Below the pieces are notes generated by a model. The model was not told where the DNA came from. It saw only the letters and a list, made by a program, of their open reading frames with translations, and ran no database searches. From the NCBI GenBank assembly GCA_964019335.1, contig OZ025670.1, positions 124,001 through 188,000 of the forward strand: a stretch of DNA of 64,000 bases. Direction: 5' to 3'. Below, piece by piece: positions 31,310 through 45,016 of the stretch (its first letter is position 1; each line of letters begins with the position of its first letter). The position numbers and the translations under genes were made by a program. This DNA comes from Diplonema japonicum. Taxonomy: Eukaryota; Protista; Euglenozoa: Diplonemea.

Positions 31310-32394
31310 TCTTCCACGGACCAACAAAAATGGGGTGATATAGCCAACGACGACGATGTTGATGTTTTCGGTGATGCCCTGCCAACAGGGAGCTTTGCGG
31401 TGCTTGCTTGTGAAGAAGATGTTTCGTTCAATGATGTCGAGGTGACAATACCACACTACAAGGTGGTCAAGGGGAAACGGTCCTTCGTCGGGTACGTGGT
31501 ACAAGTAGCCGGCAACACAAAATCCTGGCAAGTGATGAAACGATTTTCAGAGTTCCACCGGCTGCACACTCTTCTGATGAGGAAGAACGACCACAAAGTC
31601 CTTCCCATGTTTCCATCGAAACTGAAACGGCCTCTAGAATCAGAAAAACACCTCATAAAACGAAGAATGCACAGTCTCGGAAAATACCTCACCGCGGTGT
31701 GGGCGCTTCACAAGAACAACAAACTGGAAGCGAGTGAGTTGGTGGAGGATTTCTTGAAAACAGAAACAGTAGTACCGTGCCAAGACCCCAAAAGAGAGGC
31801 ATCTCCTTCCCTAACTGAACATGCCACCGATGACGGGCCTTTAACGGACCGCGGGTTTCCGAATAACAGACAGTTAAGTTTCAAGGCCACACCACGGGGT
31901 GATGAACACAGTACTGACGTAAAAGAAGGTACCTGGGCACCATGTGTGTCTGTGGTGTCAACGCCTACAGAACACCTCATTGTGCTTGAGATCCCAGGTG
32001 TGGAAGAGGAGGGTATTTCTATAACAGTTATGGAGGCGGGGATACGGTTGTTTGGCGAGAAGAAAATAGATATGCCCACGTCGCAGGTCACCCACAACGA
32101 GCGGTGTTTTGGGACATTCGCGGTCGATTTTCAAATACCGGAGTGCTTCCAGCCTTACACCAGCTTCGGGTCACGGATACACCTTGGGAATCTGTATATA
32201 AGCTACTCTCTTGGAGCTTGGTATGGAATTAATTTCAACACACGGACGCACATTTTTACTACAGTGAACCGTCGCCGACTTCATCTTCTAGTGCCACACA
32301 TTCTGAAGCATCTCCTCAGCACCACGGGCGTGAAGAGGGTGGTGAAGATGACAAGAAAGATTTTGACGATGACTTGATTCATAAAATTAACTGA
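31307..32394 (+). CDS. PX domain + HSP20/alpha-crystallin domain protein (intron 32221-32264)
   Basis: PX: YVVQV...WQVMKRFSEFHRLH...LPMFPSK...RRMHSLGKYL. HSP20: IVLEIPGV.EE.ISI...LFGEKK...HNERCFGTF...IP...GNLYI. Confidence 0.8.
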
Positions 32395-33349
32395 TTTTTT
32401 TTTTTCGTAAGATACGAAAAAGGATGGGGGGGGGGGGGGGGGTGGTGGGGAAAGTAGAATTTTGCACTATTCTATGGAAGATAGTGTGACCCTTCTTTTT
32501 CCAAAAAAAAAATGTTTTTTTTTTTTTTTTACCTCTTTTTTCCTTCTTTCCATCTTTCACTTTGGACACAAAAAAGGTTTTTTTTTTTTAAGCAGATTCC
32601 TCTAAAGAGATTTACTGTTTGTCGTGTGAACAACAAAGACAATGAGTCAGAATTTTTTTTTTTTTTTTTTTTTGCTTAGCCCCTCCCTCTCCCCTTCTCG
32701 TTCTTTCCTTTTTATATGGGAATTTCTAAATAAAGGGAGGGGCAGGCACAATTTTTGACCCTATTTAGAAATTAGCCCATATTTTTATTTCCGAAAAATG
32801 CTTCTTTTTATTTTTCTGTTCTTTTTTTTAAATATCCCTCCTAACTACCTGTCTTTTTTGAAGCAAAACAAAAAAAAAAAGCACCCCTTTTATTTTATTT
32901 CATTTTTATCTTCGCGCGCTTTTCTTTTTTTTGGATGGAAAATAGGGAGGTGAGAGGACACCGTCATAGCTAGGAAGAGAGATACTTTTTTTTAAAGGGG
33001 TGAGAATAGAGCAGTAGATTCTTTTTTAACGGCGGTTCTCCTTATGTATTAATAAGTGAATTGCTTGCGTTCACCTGCCCTACCCCCCCTTTTTTTTTCT
33101 TTGTTTGAAGTGCAAAAAATAGGGGGGGGGAAAGGTGCTAAAGAAAGGGGAACCCAGAGAGGGAGCGAGATCCAGACAGCATACAGCACTGAGCAAGTCT
33201 CTTCTTCACCCCACATTCCCCGTTCCCCCCTCCCCTGCCACGTCTAGTCCCCTTTCTTGATCCCTTAGGCCGGTGCCACGTTATTATGCCTCATATGATT
33301 GATGGTCTTTCTGTTATTCTCATTGTTGTTATAACATTATTACTCATGC

Positions 33350-35617
33350 GGAACCTCCCTTTGTCACTTTCCCACCTGTCCTCATGAGGTTGTGAAGGAA
33401 TGGCGGGAGGCGAGATACCCAAAAAGATAATGAAGACAACGAGGAACGAGAGCACTGTAGTTGTCTTTGTTATTATGCTCTTTCGTCTGAAGCACTGTTA
33501 TAATTGGAGCCAGTTCAGGAACCTCCCTTTGTACTTTCCCACCTGTCTTCATGAGGTTGTGAAGGAATGGCGGGAGGCGAGAAATAGCAAAAAAAAAAAA
33601 AAAAAAAAAAAATGTGGAGCAATCTTTTTAGGAAACCATGGCAGGGCTTTTTACAGTGCCTTGCGAAATGGGCCGTAAGGTCTGCGAGAGTTAATTCCTG
33701 CTTTCTGGTGTTTTTGTGGCAAAAACAAATCTGAAACGAGTGATGACAACGAAGCACCCTCTCCGGTCTCCAGCAAAACAATGCGAGATACAGCGTTGCT
33801 TTTATACCCCGTTACCCGTCTGACTTTTCTTCATTTTGTTGCCATTGATTCTTCCCATTTATTTCTTAAACATATGATGACAAACCTTCACTTTAACATG
33901 CGTGTCTTTAACCTGACCCTTTTGTGTTTGATGAATACCTTTAACTTTGGCTTGCTCTTTCTGATATGTTGAATAAGGCCCTCCATGGACAAAGCAACAG
34001 AGATGATTACATATAAGCAGTCTCCCTCTTCGTGAATGGTTTTGACGAGAACCTGCTATTCGAACCTAATTACATTTTCCGATGATTTCTGTGCGAAAGA
34101 GAGAAATGGATACGGAAAATGAAAGAAATGTAGAAAAGAGCCATCAAATACCATTACTTCCTCTTCTCTGTAGTTAGTAAAGGGCCGCTTTGGTCACGAG
34201 ATCATCATGGATCCCACTCTGGACCCGTGTGAGAGTGAAGACAATGATGAGGAAGTGCACACCTCACCAGCTGGCCACACAACATGGCCTTGATTGGTCC
34301 CTTAGCTGCACGAGAGCTGTGGTCCTCTCCTTGCAGGCAAATAGTGGAGCAACCTTTTTAGGAAACCATGGCAGGGCTTTTTACAGTGCCTTGCGAAATG
34401 GGCCGTAAGGTCTGCGAGAGTTATTTTCTGTATCTTTATCTTTTGTGCCAGTGACAAGAATGATGACAACGAAGCACCCTCTCCGGTCTCCAGCAAAACC
34501 ATGCGAGATACAGCGTTGCTTTTATACCCCGTTACCCGTCTGACTCCTTCCGGACCTGCTCTTCGAACCTACTTCCTTGTCTGTGTCCATGGCTCCCTCC
34601 GTGCTGGTGGGCGATGAAGATAAGGAAGCCCATGGCAGGGCTTGCACAGTTCAGCTCGCGAACCTCCCTTTGTACTTTCCCACCTGTTCTTATGAGGTTG
34701 TGAAGGAATGGCGGGAGGCGAGATGCAGGCAAGTAGTGCAGTTTAACAGACGAACGGAGATGATTACATATAAGCAGTCTCCCTCTTCGTGAATGGTTTT
34801 GACGAGAACCTGCTATTCGAACCTAATTACATTTTCCGATGATCCACCGTGGGGAGAGTGCAGAGGATTCTGAGGAACGTGGCAAAGTTTGTGTGCTGAA
34901 AACACAGCTCATGCAGTGAACCTCCCTTTGTACTTTCCCACCTGTTCTTATGAGGTTGTGAAGGAATGGCGGGAGGCGAGATTGAAGAAGAGGAAGAAGA
35001 TGAGGGAGTGCACACTTCACCAGCTGGCCACACAACATTGCACGAGAGCAGTGGTCCAGGAAAATAGTGGAGCAACCTTTTTAGGAAACCATGGCAGGGC
35101 TTTTTACAGTGCCTTGCGAAATGGGCCGTAAGGTCTGCGAGAGTTATTTTCTATTTGTGTCAGGAAAAAGAATGATGACAACGAAGCACCCTCTCCGGTC
35201 TCCAGCAAAACCATGCGAGATACAGCGTTGCTTTTATACCCCGTTACCCGTCTGACTTTCTTCAGTTCCTGGTGCTTTATTGCCTCCCTTCCCAACAACA
35301 TGATGACAAACCTTCACTTTAACATGCGTGTCTTTAACCTGACCTTTTGTGTTTGATGAATACCTTTAACTTTGGCTTGCTCTTTCTGACATGTTGAATA
35401 AGGCCCTCCATGGACAAAGCAACAGAGATGATTACATATAAGCAGTCTCCCTCTTCGTGAATGGTTTTGACGAGAACCTGCTATTCGAACCTAATTACAT
35501 TTTCCGATGATTCACCGTGGGGAGTGTGCAGTAGAATACAAGAGCAACCTTTTTAGGAAACCATGGCAGGGCTTGTTACAGTGCCTTGCGAAATGGGCCG
35601 TAAGGTCTGCGAGAGTT
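33350..35617 (+). ncRNA. snoRNA array 3 (A,A,B,CD1,CD2,CD3,D,C,B,CD1,E,A,CD3,A,Cpartial,B,CD1,CD2,CD3,B)
   Basis: Same modules; 33617-35389 is nearly identical to 49508-51281. Confidence 0.9.
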
Positions 35618-36046
35618 CTTGGGGGGAAAAAAGTGTATCGAAAGATTTGTGTTCCACCGGGAAAAGAATTATGATACGTATATGACTTTCTTCATTTGTT
35701 TCGTTGCCTTGTATTCAGTTCTTTATGATACCCAATCTGCTGAACGCACTTTAGCAAGTGGTACTGTTTGCTCCTCTTCATCCTAGCAAATCTCACCAGC
35801 TACAGCCATTCCCAATGTAATCACCTTGAACCCGGTCTGTTGCGACTGCAAATGGTGTTGTTATAACTATCTCGAGATCAAGCTCTGAAAAGAACTCTGA
35901 GAACCAAAGTCACCACCAGAAGAGATCAAACACTATTGATATACTACGGGTTCCTTTCAAAAACATCTTAAAAGGACACACAAAAAAAAAAAAAAAAAAG
36001 AAAAAAAAATCTCCTTTTACGAAAAAAGGAGGGGAAGAAAAAAATA

Positions 36047-37335
36047 ATGGCGAACGTGGCAGGATCGAAGATAAGGCTGATCAGCAAGGCGTTGATCAGG
36101 TATGAAGGGGCGCTTGCTAAAATAGATGAGAATGAGAACACGGTGACGCTGGAGAATGTAAAGGTGTTCGGGACTGAGGATAGGAACACGGAGCATCCTA
36201 TACCCGCCTCTGACAGCGTCTACGCACAGGTGGTGTTCAAGGGAGCAGACATCAAGGAACTGTTGATTCTTAACGAGAAAGATGCTATGCAGTTCAACGA
36301 CCCTGCAGTTGTGTCTGCCAAGGAAGCAGGCGGCAAGACCGTAGTCAAAACCGCAACAGAAGGCCGAGCAGTGCCAATAAGCAAACGCAGCATGTTTGAC
36401 AGTTTCGGTGGTGGCCCAGACAGGGCCGTCGGTGGTGGTGGTGGTGGTGGTGGTGGGGGGAAGAAGGGGGGTGGTCACATGCCCATCGCATCTCGATCAG
36501 ACGATCACCACCATGGAGGCAAAGGCTTCAAAGGCGACAGGGGTTACGACAGACCCGCCAACTTCCACTATGGTGGAGGGAAAAAAGGTGGATACAACAA
36601 CCAGAATCACCATCATCACCAGCCGCACCACAACCGCAATTTCAACAACAACACCGGTTACAAGGGTGGTAAACATCACGGGAATTTCAACATGCGCAGA
36701 GGGGGCGGGGGTTACGGTGGAAAGGGCATGAGAGGCGGGATGGGTCATAGAAGAATGGACATGGGGCACACCGGCAAGAACTTTGAGGTTTGTTTGTGTT
36801 TTTTTTTTTCTTTTTTTTTTTTTTTTCAAAAAAAAGATTTTTTTATTTTCCCAGATTAAAAACGAAGAGAGTGCAAAGGAGTTCAAGGACAAGCTCGAGA
36901 ATGATTTCGACTTCCAGACGGTTCTGAAGAACACCAACGACATGAAAGAAAACGATCTGAAGAAAGACAGCGAGGGACCTGAGGCGAAGAAAAAGGTAAT
37001 CGACAAAAAAAAAAAAAAAAAAAACTTACCCCGATACAGCCTCTCTATAACAAGAGCAACTCGTTCTACGACTCTGCACCACCTCTCGAGTCAGACCATC
37101 AGAGGTATATCAAAAAAAAGGGGGGGGGGGAACCAATTTTTCTCATTCTCATAAGGTTGACAGCAAGAGAAAGGCAAAAGTACCATGATGACGACATCGA
37201 TACCTTCGGGCGGGAGGCTGTGCAAGGGGTGGAAAGGTCCTTCCAGCGGGGCCGCAGGGGTGGAATGAGGTATGTATTTGGGAGTAGGGGGAGGGGGGAG
37301 AAAAAAAATCCCCACGCACACACAGGAAATGGTGA
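36047..37335 (+). CDS. LSM14: Lsm14/Scd6/RAP55 family mRNP protein, 5 exons (introns 36788-36854, 36996-37039, 37105-37155, 37270-37325)
   Basis: Lsm14 N-domain GSKIRLISKALIRYEG.L..ID....TVTLENVKVFGTEDR...VFKGADIKEL; RGG region; spliced FDF (DFDF), FFD (SFYD) and TFG (DTFG) motifs. Confidence 0.92.
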
Positions 37336-37655
37336 GATATACTTTAGTAGGTGGATGAAACAAAAGCGGCATAAAAAGAATGAGAAAAAAAAAAAAGAAG
37401 AAGAAAAGTGTGAAGGTACGAGTGTATTCATTCAAAAAAAAGAGAAACAAATCGAGAGAGAAACAAAAAAAAAGGGGGGTGACAGGGTGGAGAGAAATAG
37501 AAAGTTTAAAAAAAAAGTTTATTTTTTTACGGTCGTTCGAGTTGAAGTTCATCGTAATAGGGAAAACAACGTGCACGCACCATTTTTTTTTTTTTCCAAG
37601 TTTTTTTTATTCACCCTGTACTATACAAAAACACGAGAGAACCAGACAGCGCTTT

Positions 37656-37695
<40 letters not shown>

Positions 37696-38155
37696 CTGTT
37701 TTAAAATCTCCCCACCCCCACTTCCCTCATTCCTCCTTTAGCTCCTCTTTGTTTTCTTTTTTCTCTTTTTTTTTTTTCCTTTTTTTTTTCTGATGGGTAC
37801 TTTCCCTATCCATCGTGGAGAGGTTTTTAATTTAACGGGAACCAAGCTCAGCTCGGCCGGTGAGCGCAAAAACGCATACCTTAAAAGAATAATTTTTTAT
37901 TTTATTTTTTATTTGAAGTTCAATTACCGGACGATAGATAGCACGGGGGGGGTGGGGAGGAAGAAGAAGAAGAAGAGGAAGAAGAAGAAAAAGAAGAAAA
38001 ACAACCTATCGATCGTGCAAGTGAATTTTTTGTTGCATCCCCCTTCCCCCAGACTTTCACAATAATTATTGCGCTACGGTAAAAAAAAAAAAAGGAGGGG
38101 GGAAAAAAAAAAGAAGAAGCAAACAGTATCCAAGTGGGCAGTGTTCCTGAAGAAG

Positions 38156-38190
<35 letters not shown>

Positions 38191-38888
38191 AAGCCTTAAA
38201 GTTATGAAATATCCGTGTGTGTGAAGACACAGGGAAGAAAAGAAAAAAAAAAAAAAAAGCTGAAATGGGGGGGATGTGAGAGAGAAAGAAAATTTCGACA
38301 AGGAAGTTACTGAAGAGAAGGGGAAAAAAATTATTTTCTTTTCCTATTCTCTTCTTTTACCTTTAATAGATACGGCCTGTTTTCAGGTAGACCCACGTGT
38401 TGATAAGGGGGGGCGTTTTTTTTCTTTCTTTTATTTTCTTTGATGGGTCGTAGCCAACATTGCTCTCCCTTCATGGTGAAATTTTTATTTTTTATGTTTT
38501 ATTTTTTATTTTCTTCCACGATATAAAGAGAACTCAGCATCGTTTTCTTTCCCCCCATCCCCCATTCTTTCCTCCCCCTCCCACTTTTTCCCCCCTCCCC
38601 TTCTTTCTCGCATTGTGTAGTGCTAGTAAAAATCACGGACGTGGATATTACTGCCGGCTTGAGGCACAAAAAAAAAAGTCTTTCATCTTCTCCCCACCAC
38701 CCCGCCCACTTAAAGAAAAAAAAATGTGCCAAACAAAAAAAAGAGAGATCTGTGTTCCCCCCCCCCTTTTTTTTATATTTCCTCGAAAAATTTTTTTCTC
38801 AAAAAAAAAAAAAACAAACAAAAACAACAACAAAAAAAAGGGGGGGGGAACAGAAAAAAAAACAAAAAAGGTGGCCGGGCCCCCGGGC

Positions 38889-40124
38889 ATGGTGGTGTCG
38901 ATCGCTGTCGAAGAAGCGCAAGATGTAGGCAGCCACACAGAGTACAGGGTAGTGACACAAATCGAGGGCAGAGGGGTAAGGGTGACAAGTTGGAGACGGT
39001 TTCGAGTCTTCGATGGTGTCTTCAGAAAACTGAAGAAACGGTATACAGATCTCCCAGCCTGCCCTGCAAAGAGGTTCTCACCGTTGGGGCTGTCAAGCAG
39101 TGCCGTCGAGGGGAGAAGGCTGGAACTACAGTTATTTTTGAAAACACTAAACCAACACGCTAAGGCACAGCACGACATGGATTTCAAGGAGCTGATAGGC
39201 TACCATCGGGCAGTGTCTGAAAATACAATTAAAAACTCAGTCGCAATTCTTACATTTAAAAACGAAAACAGCGTCCGTAAAAAGTATTACATGATAATGC
39301 AGGAATTTCGTGGTGGGACAAACCCCCACAAGGAGAGGCGGGTTGGGGTTAGGGGTACGCAAACAAACTGCGATTTGACGGAGCAGATAAATATTCTCGA
39401 GACGAAGCTCAAGGAAGCCCTTCAGCGTGCGGTGTCTGCGGAGTTGGAACTCGCAGCAGCAAAGTTCAGCCCCCCGGGAAATGGGGTCCACCCGCGCACC
39501 CCTGCCACCACCACCACTGCCTCCCCACTACGCAACTCTTTTACGAACATTTCCTTCCGGGGGAAAAATCCATCTCTCTGCCACAACCCCAACCCTATTG
39601 CGGTCCCTGGAGAGGACGCTCTTATAGAAGCTTACAGCCTCGCAGAACTGGTTGGGATATCTATCCCACTTTGCGAAACGCAAGAAGGTAAATGTTTCTT
39701 TCCAAAAAAAAAAAAAAGAAAAAAAAAACCCCCCCCGCACAGAAACCATCTATTATTGCATAAAGATTGAAACAGCAACTCAATACTGGAAAATATGGAA
39801 ACGGTATGGTTGACTTGGATTTTTTTAAGGGGGAAAAAAAAAAAAAGGTACACTGGCTTCTGCGAGCTGAAGGAAGCTCTTTCCGAGATGGGTATCACAA
39901 GCTCATCCTTCCCCACCCGATTCTCTTTCAAGTCCTCTCTCGAGACTCGACGGGCGTCCCTTGAGACGTGGCTGCTTGCAGTTAGCCGAGCCGCTGTGGG
40001 AGAACACAGCACTGCCAAGTGTCTTGTAGCAGATTTCTTGACTCCTGACGTGGGGCGTGTTCCCCAAGGCCCTTCCTTTGGGGAACTGCACGAAATGCTG
40101 TGCCCCTTCCGCGTCTTCGAATGA
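38889..40124 (+). CDS. Protein with two PX domains flanking a coiled coil (introns 39688-39774, 39804-39847)
   Basis: PX1: HTEYRV...WRRFRVF...LPACPAKR...EGRRLELQLFL. Spliced PX2: YWKIWKRYTGFCEL...FP.R...ETRRASLETWL...VADFL. Confidence 0.75.
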
Positions 40125-40773
40125 GGAAAAGGTACCCTTAAAATATCTTGCTTCCCCAAACCTTTTAACACGAGACGCACTTTTTCTTTTTTTCTTCTTT
40201 TGTCACTCGCGACCAAGTAGGTTTCAGGGTTGCGCTTATTAACACCCTATTCTACCTTTTTTTTTTCTTTTTTTTTTCCTTGTAATCTTTCTCCCCCCAG
40301 GGAAAAAAAGCAAACAATCCAAACAAAATTGAAATGTGTGTGTGTGTGTGTGTGTGTGTGTGTCTTTATTATATCTCTTAATAAAGTGCGCATTAACGAT
40401 AGAAGAAGAAAAAGAAAGTTGAAAAAAAAAAAAGAAGAAACCTGCTGAACAAATGCTAACTATTTTTTGACCCTTCCCCCTTCCTCCTCTCCTGTTTCAC
40501 ATCGGGATAGTTGTACGAATGACAGCAGAAGTTTTTCAAAAAAAAAAAAAAAAAAAAGAAGAAGAAGAAGAAGAAAGAAAAAGCAAGAAGGGGAGCTACC
40601 CTACTGCGTGCCTACGTGTGTGTGTGTGTTTTTTTTTTTCTCCTTTTTTTTTTTATTATTGTTATACCCACTCTTCAGTGCTTTTTTTTAAAAAAAAAAA
40701 AAAGAATTAAGTTAAAGTATCAACAATTAGGAGGCTATTTATCAGGGCGTGTGTGGGCCGCACATATAAGACA

Positions 40774-43700
40774 ATGTCAGCAGAGTCAGCAACAAAGGAG
40801 GATGCCGTGAAGCTCGCGGCCGAGATTGAAGCAAAACTGAAGCAGTCGGGCCCGTTCCTCGGTGGGGAGGCACCGTCGGCGGAGGACGCTGAGATGTTCA
40901 AGAAGCTGTTAGGGAGCGAGAACTCAGAGATTGCAAGGTGGGCGAAGCACATTGAGTCCTTCTCCGAGAAGGAGAGGAAGGCATGGAGGCCCGCAAATTC
41001 CGGTCCCACAAAAGCCGAACGTAAGGCCGCTTTTGCTGCAGGCGAGGGTCAGGGTTTGAAGGTTGTCGCAAAGAAGGAAACAACCGGTGAAAAGGCACAC
41101 AAGGACTGCCTTGACATGATGCCTGAGCACCCCAGCTTCCCCAACAGGGAGGTAGAGGTAGGCGAGCACTGGAAGAAGGTTGATGCATTCCATACCTCCC
41201 TTAAGCAGTCCGCAGGCAAGCCTGTCTTCACATTCTACGACGGACCCCCCTTCGCCACGGGGCTCCCCCACTACGGCCATATCCTTGCCGGTACCATCAA
41301 GGACATTGTCTGCAGGTGGGCCCACCAAACCGGGCACCATGTTGAGCGCCGCTTCGGGTGGGACTGCCACGGCCTCCCCATTGAGTTCGAGATCGAGAAG
41401 GAGCACGGCATCAAGTCATCCCACGACGTGATGAAGATCGGCATCAAGAAGTACAACCAGTACTGCAGGGACATCGTCATGAAGTTCTCCACTGAGTGGG
41501 AAACCACCGTCACCAGGATGGGGAGGTGGATCGACTTCAAGAACGACTACAAGACAATGAACCTCTCCTACATGGAGTCCGTGTGGTGGGTCTTCAGCGA
41601 ACTGTGGAAGAAGGACCTCATCTACAGGGGGTACAAGGTCATGCCCTACTCCATCGGGTGCACCACCGTGCTCTCCAACTTTGAGGCCAACATGAACTAC
41701 AAGCAGGTGAGCGACCCTTCTGTCGTCGTGACCTTCCCTTGGTTGGCCGACGAGTCCATCAGCTTCCTTGCATGGACGACCACCCCATGGACCCTTCCCT
41801 CGAACCTTATGCTCTGCGTGAACCCCACTCTCGAGTACGTGCTTATCCAGGATGTTGAGACCAGCAAAAAGTACATCCTTGCTGAAGCCAGACTGGTCCA
41901 GGCGTACCCTAAGCTGTCCAAACTGAAGCCCAAGGACAAGAAACCATTCACCATTCTGGAAAAGTACGTGGGCAAGGACCTTGTCGGGAGGGAGTACAAA
42001 CCCCTCTTCAACTTCTTCTTCGAGAAAAAGAAGAAGGACGGGTGCTTCAAGATCATCAGCGACAGCTACGTCACGTCTGAGGGCGGTACCGGTATTGTGC
42101 ACCAGGCGCCCGGGTTCGGTGAGGACGATTACAGGTGTTGCAAGGAAGCGGGTGTCATCGAGAAGAACGAAGAAGTCCCCTGCCCCGTTGACGCGAACGG
42201 GTGCTTCACAAACGAAGTGTCGACGTGGGAAGGCATCATGGTGAAGGACGCTGACAAAGCCATCCAGAAGGAGCTGAAGGACATGGGCAGGCTGTGGAGT
42301 GCTGGCTCCATTGTCCACGACTACCCATTCTGCTGGAGGTCAGAGAAGCCCCTCATCTACAAGACAGTGTCGAGCTGGTTCGTGAACGTCACCGAGATCA
42401 AGGAGGACCTTATCAAGAACAACAAGGATACCTACTGGGTCCCTGAGTCTGTGCAGGTTGGCCGTTTCAACAACTGGCTTGAGAACGCGAGGGACTGGGC
42501 CGTCTCGAGGAACAGATACTGGGGCACACCCCTCCCTATCTGGATGTCCGAGGACGAAAAGGAGATGCTCTGCATGGACTCCGTCGAGAAGCTTGAGAAG
42601 TACACCGGAAAGAAGATCACTGACATCCACAGGGACAGCATCGATGACCTTGTCATCCCTGACCCTAGGGGCGAGGGGTACCCGCCGATGAAGAGGGTCT
42701 CTGAAGTGTTCGACTGCTGGTTCGAGAGCGGTTCCATGCCCTACGCACAGTCGCACTACCCCTTCGAGAACAAGGAAAAGTTTGAAAATGGCTTCCCTGC
42801 CGACTTCATCGCTGAGGGTATCGACCAGACCCGTGGTTGGTTCTACACACTCCTCGTGCTGTCGACTGCTATGTTTAACAAGCCGCCTTTCAAGAACCTC
42901 ATCGTGAACGGGTTGGTACTTGCCTCGGACGGGCAGAAGATGAGCAAGAGGAAGCGCAACTACCCGCCCCCGACAGAGGTCATTGACAAGTACGGCGCAG
43001 ATGCGCTGAGACTGTACCTCATCAACTCCCCCATCGTGAAGGGGCAGGACTTGAAGTTCAACGAAGAGAACGTGAAGAAGGTTGTGAAGGATGTGCTGCT
43101 GCCGCTGTACAACTCCCTCAACTTCTTCACTATCAACTACAACAGGCTCATCATCGACGGTGAGAAGTTCGCCTCCGACGTTCCTGTCACGAACACCATG
43201 GACAGGTGGATCACCGCCGAGGCACAGAGGCTCATCAAGGACGTCACGGATGAGATGAAGAAGTACCACCTGTACACGGTGGTGCCCCTTGTGCTGAAGT
43301 GGGTCGACAACCTCACGAACTGTTACTTGAGGATGAACAGGAAGAGGATGAAGGGTAACTTGGGTGTTGAGGACCAGAAGGCGTCCCTCGCCACGCTGTA
43401 CAACATCCTCATGGTGACCTCCAAGGTGATGGCTGCCTTCACCCCGTTCATGGCCGAGCAGATCTTCCAGCAGCTGAAGCAGCTTGTCCCCGATGAAGAG
43501 AAGGTTGACTCCGTGCACTACCTGATGGTGCCTGCCACCCCCGAGTCCTTCGACGACGTTGTCATCAGGAAGGTCGAGAGGCTGCAGAAGGTATGGGGAA
43601 AAAAAGTTTTAAAAAAAAAAATGACAGGTGTGCATCATGGTGCGCACGATCCGTGACCGAAAGGGTCTTGGGAACAGGAAGCCCTTGAGGGAGGTGATCG

Positions 43701-44344
43701 TGGTGCACAGCGACCCGCAGTACGTGAGTGACGTGCTGGAGATGAGTGAGTATGTGAAGGAGGAGACCAACTGTTTCGAGTTGACCTGCACGTCGAAGGA
43801 AGAGGAGTTCGTGATCGTGAAGGCGGAGGCCGACAACGCGAAGATCGGGAAGAAGTACGGAAAGGACGGCGCAGCCATTAAAAAGGCCATCCTCGCGGAC
43901 CAGGAGAACATCGCAAAGGCCGTCATGAAAGACGGGAAGGTGACGGTGGCTGAGAAGACCCTCCTAGCCGACGAGATCAAACTGGTCAGGTCCTTCAAGG
44001 AATCCGCCACAAAGCATGAAACCTTCACTGACGGTGAGACCCTAGTGCTGTGCGACGTCACTCAGGACGAACAAGTGGTCATCAGCGGTACCGCCAGAGA
44101 GGTCATCGCACGAGTACAACAGCTGCGGAAGAGGGCTGGCCTTGAAATGACTGACAAGGTGAAGGTTTTCTTTGAGACAGAGGATGAGATCTTGTCGAAG
44201 ACTTTCGCACAGAAGCTCGAAATGATCGAACAAGCACTTCAGTCTACTGTGAGGCCCTCCAAGGATAAGGACGCCTCTGAGGTGCTCATTGCTGAGCAGG
44301 AGATCGAAGAGCTGGGCCTCACGCTCTCGCTTACCCGTGCCTGA
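40774..44344 (+). CDS. IARS: Cytosolic-type isoleucyl-tRNA synthetase (intron 43591-43627) with N-terminal EF1B/GST-like extension
   Basis: FYDGPPFATGLPHYGH (HIGH), GWDCHGLP, WTTTPWTLP, DWAVSRNRYWGTP, EGIDQTRGWF, KMSKR. A 37-nt intron joins the two ORFs in frame. Confidence 0.97.
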
Positions 44345-44369
44345 AGTTAGTTGGATTTTTGATAAGTGT

Positions 44370-44403
<34 letters not shown>

Positions 44404-45016
44404 TACCCCTTCCCCCTATTTCTTTTTTTGATGAACGATTTGTTTTTTTTTTTTTTTTTTCTTGAAAGAAAAAAAAATGGGCGATAAAAGAAGAAAAAAA
44501 AAAATCAAATGCATTTTTTCTTTTTTTTTTTCTCTGGGAAAGCTTAAGGGGAAGGGAGGGTAATAAATGGAAACGTGTCCCCCTTTTTTTATTCTTCCCT
44601 ATGCCTGGTATGATTTGCAGCAACCGATTTTAATAATAATAAGACGTGCTGTTTTCTTGTTAGTTTGAAGTGCGAGAACAGTTTTTTTTTTTTTTTTTTT
44701 ATGGGAGAAAACCAAGCCAGCCTATCCTTTCTTCCTGGTATAAAAAAAAAAAAAAAAAGAAGAAAAAAAAACTTGTATCCCTCTTCACACGAGAAAACAC
44801 TATGAAAAAAGAAAAGAAGAAAAAAAAGGAATAAAAGAAACCTGACCAAACGGTATGCTCTCATTTTTTTTTTTTAAAGTTCTGAAAAGCTTTGATCTTT
44901 CCGCTGTCCCCCCATTCCTCCCCCCCCCCCCCCCCCCCACACCTTCCCATTCATATTTTTTATTGTACTTTTCGTTGTTCGGTTATAAAGAATATTCGAT
45001 AAAAGGTTCCTTTGTG

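Noticed and set aside
33400-35301. Recurring short ORFs in the arrays (FLGNHGRAFYSALRNGP, TLADLTAHFARHCKKP etc.)
   Set aside because: By-products of repeated RNA modules; frames are not preserved across spacers and occur on both strands.
41416-43518. Long minus-strand ORFs opposite IleRS (and opposite the TRPV, WD40 and metE genes)
   Set aside because: Antisense shadows of GC3-biased coding sequence.
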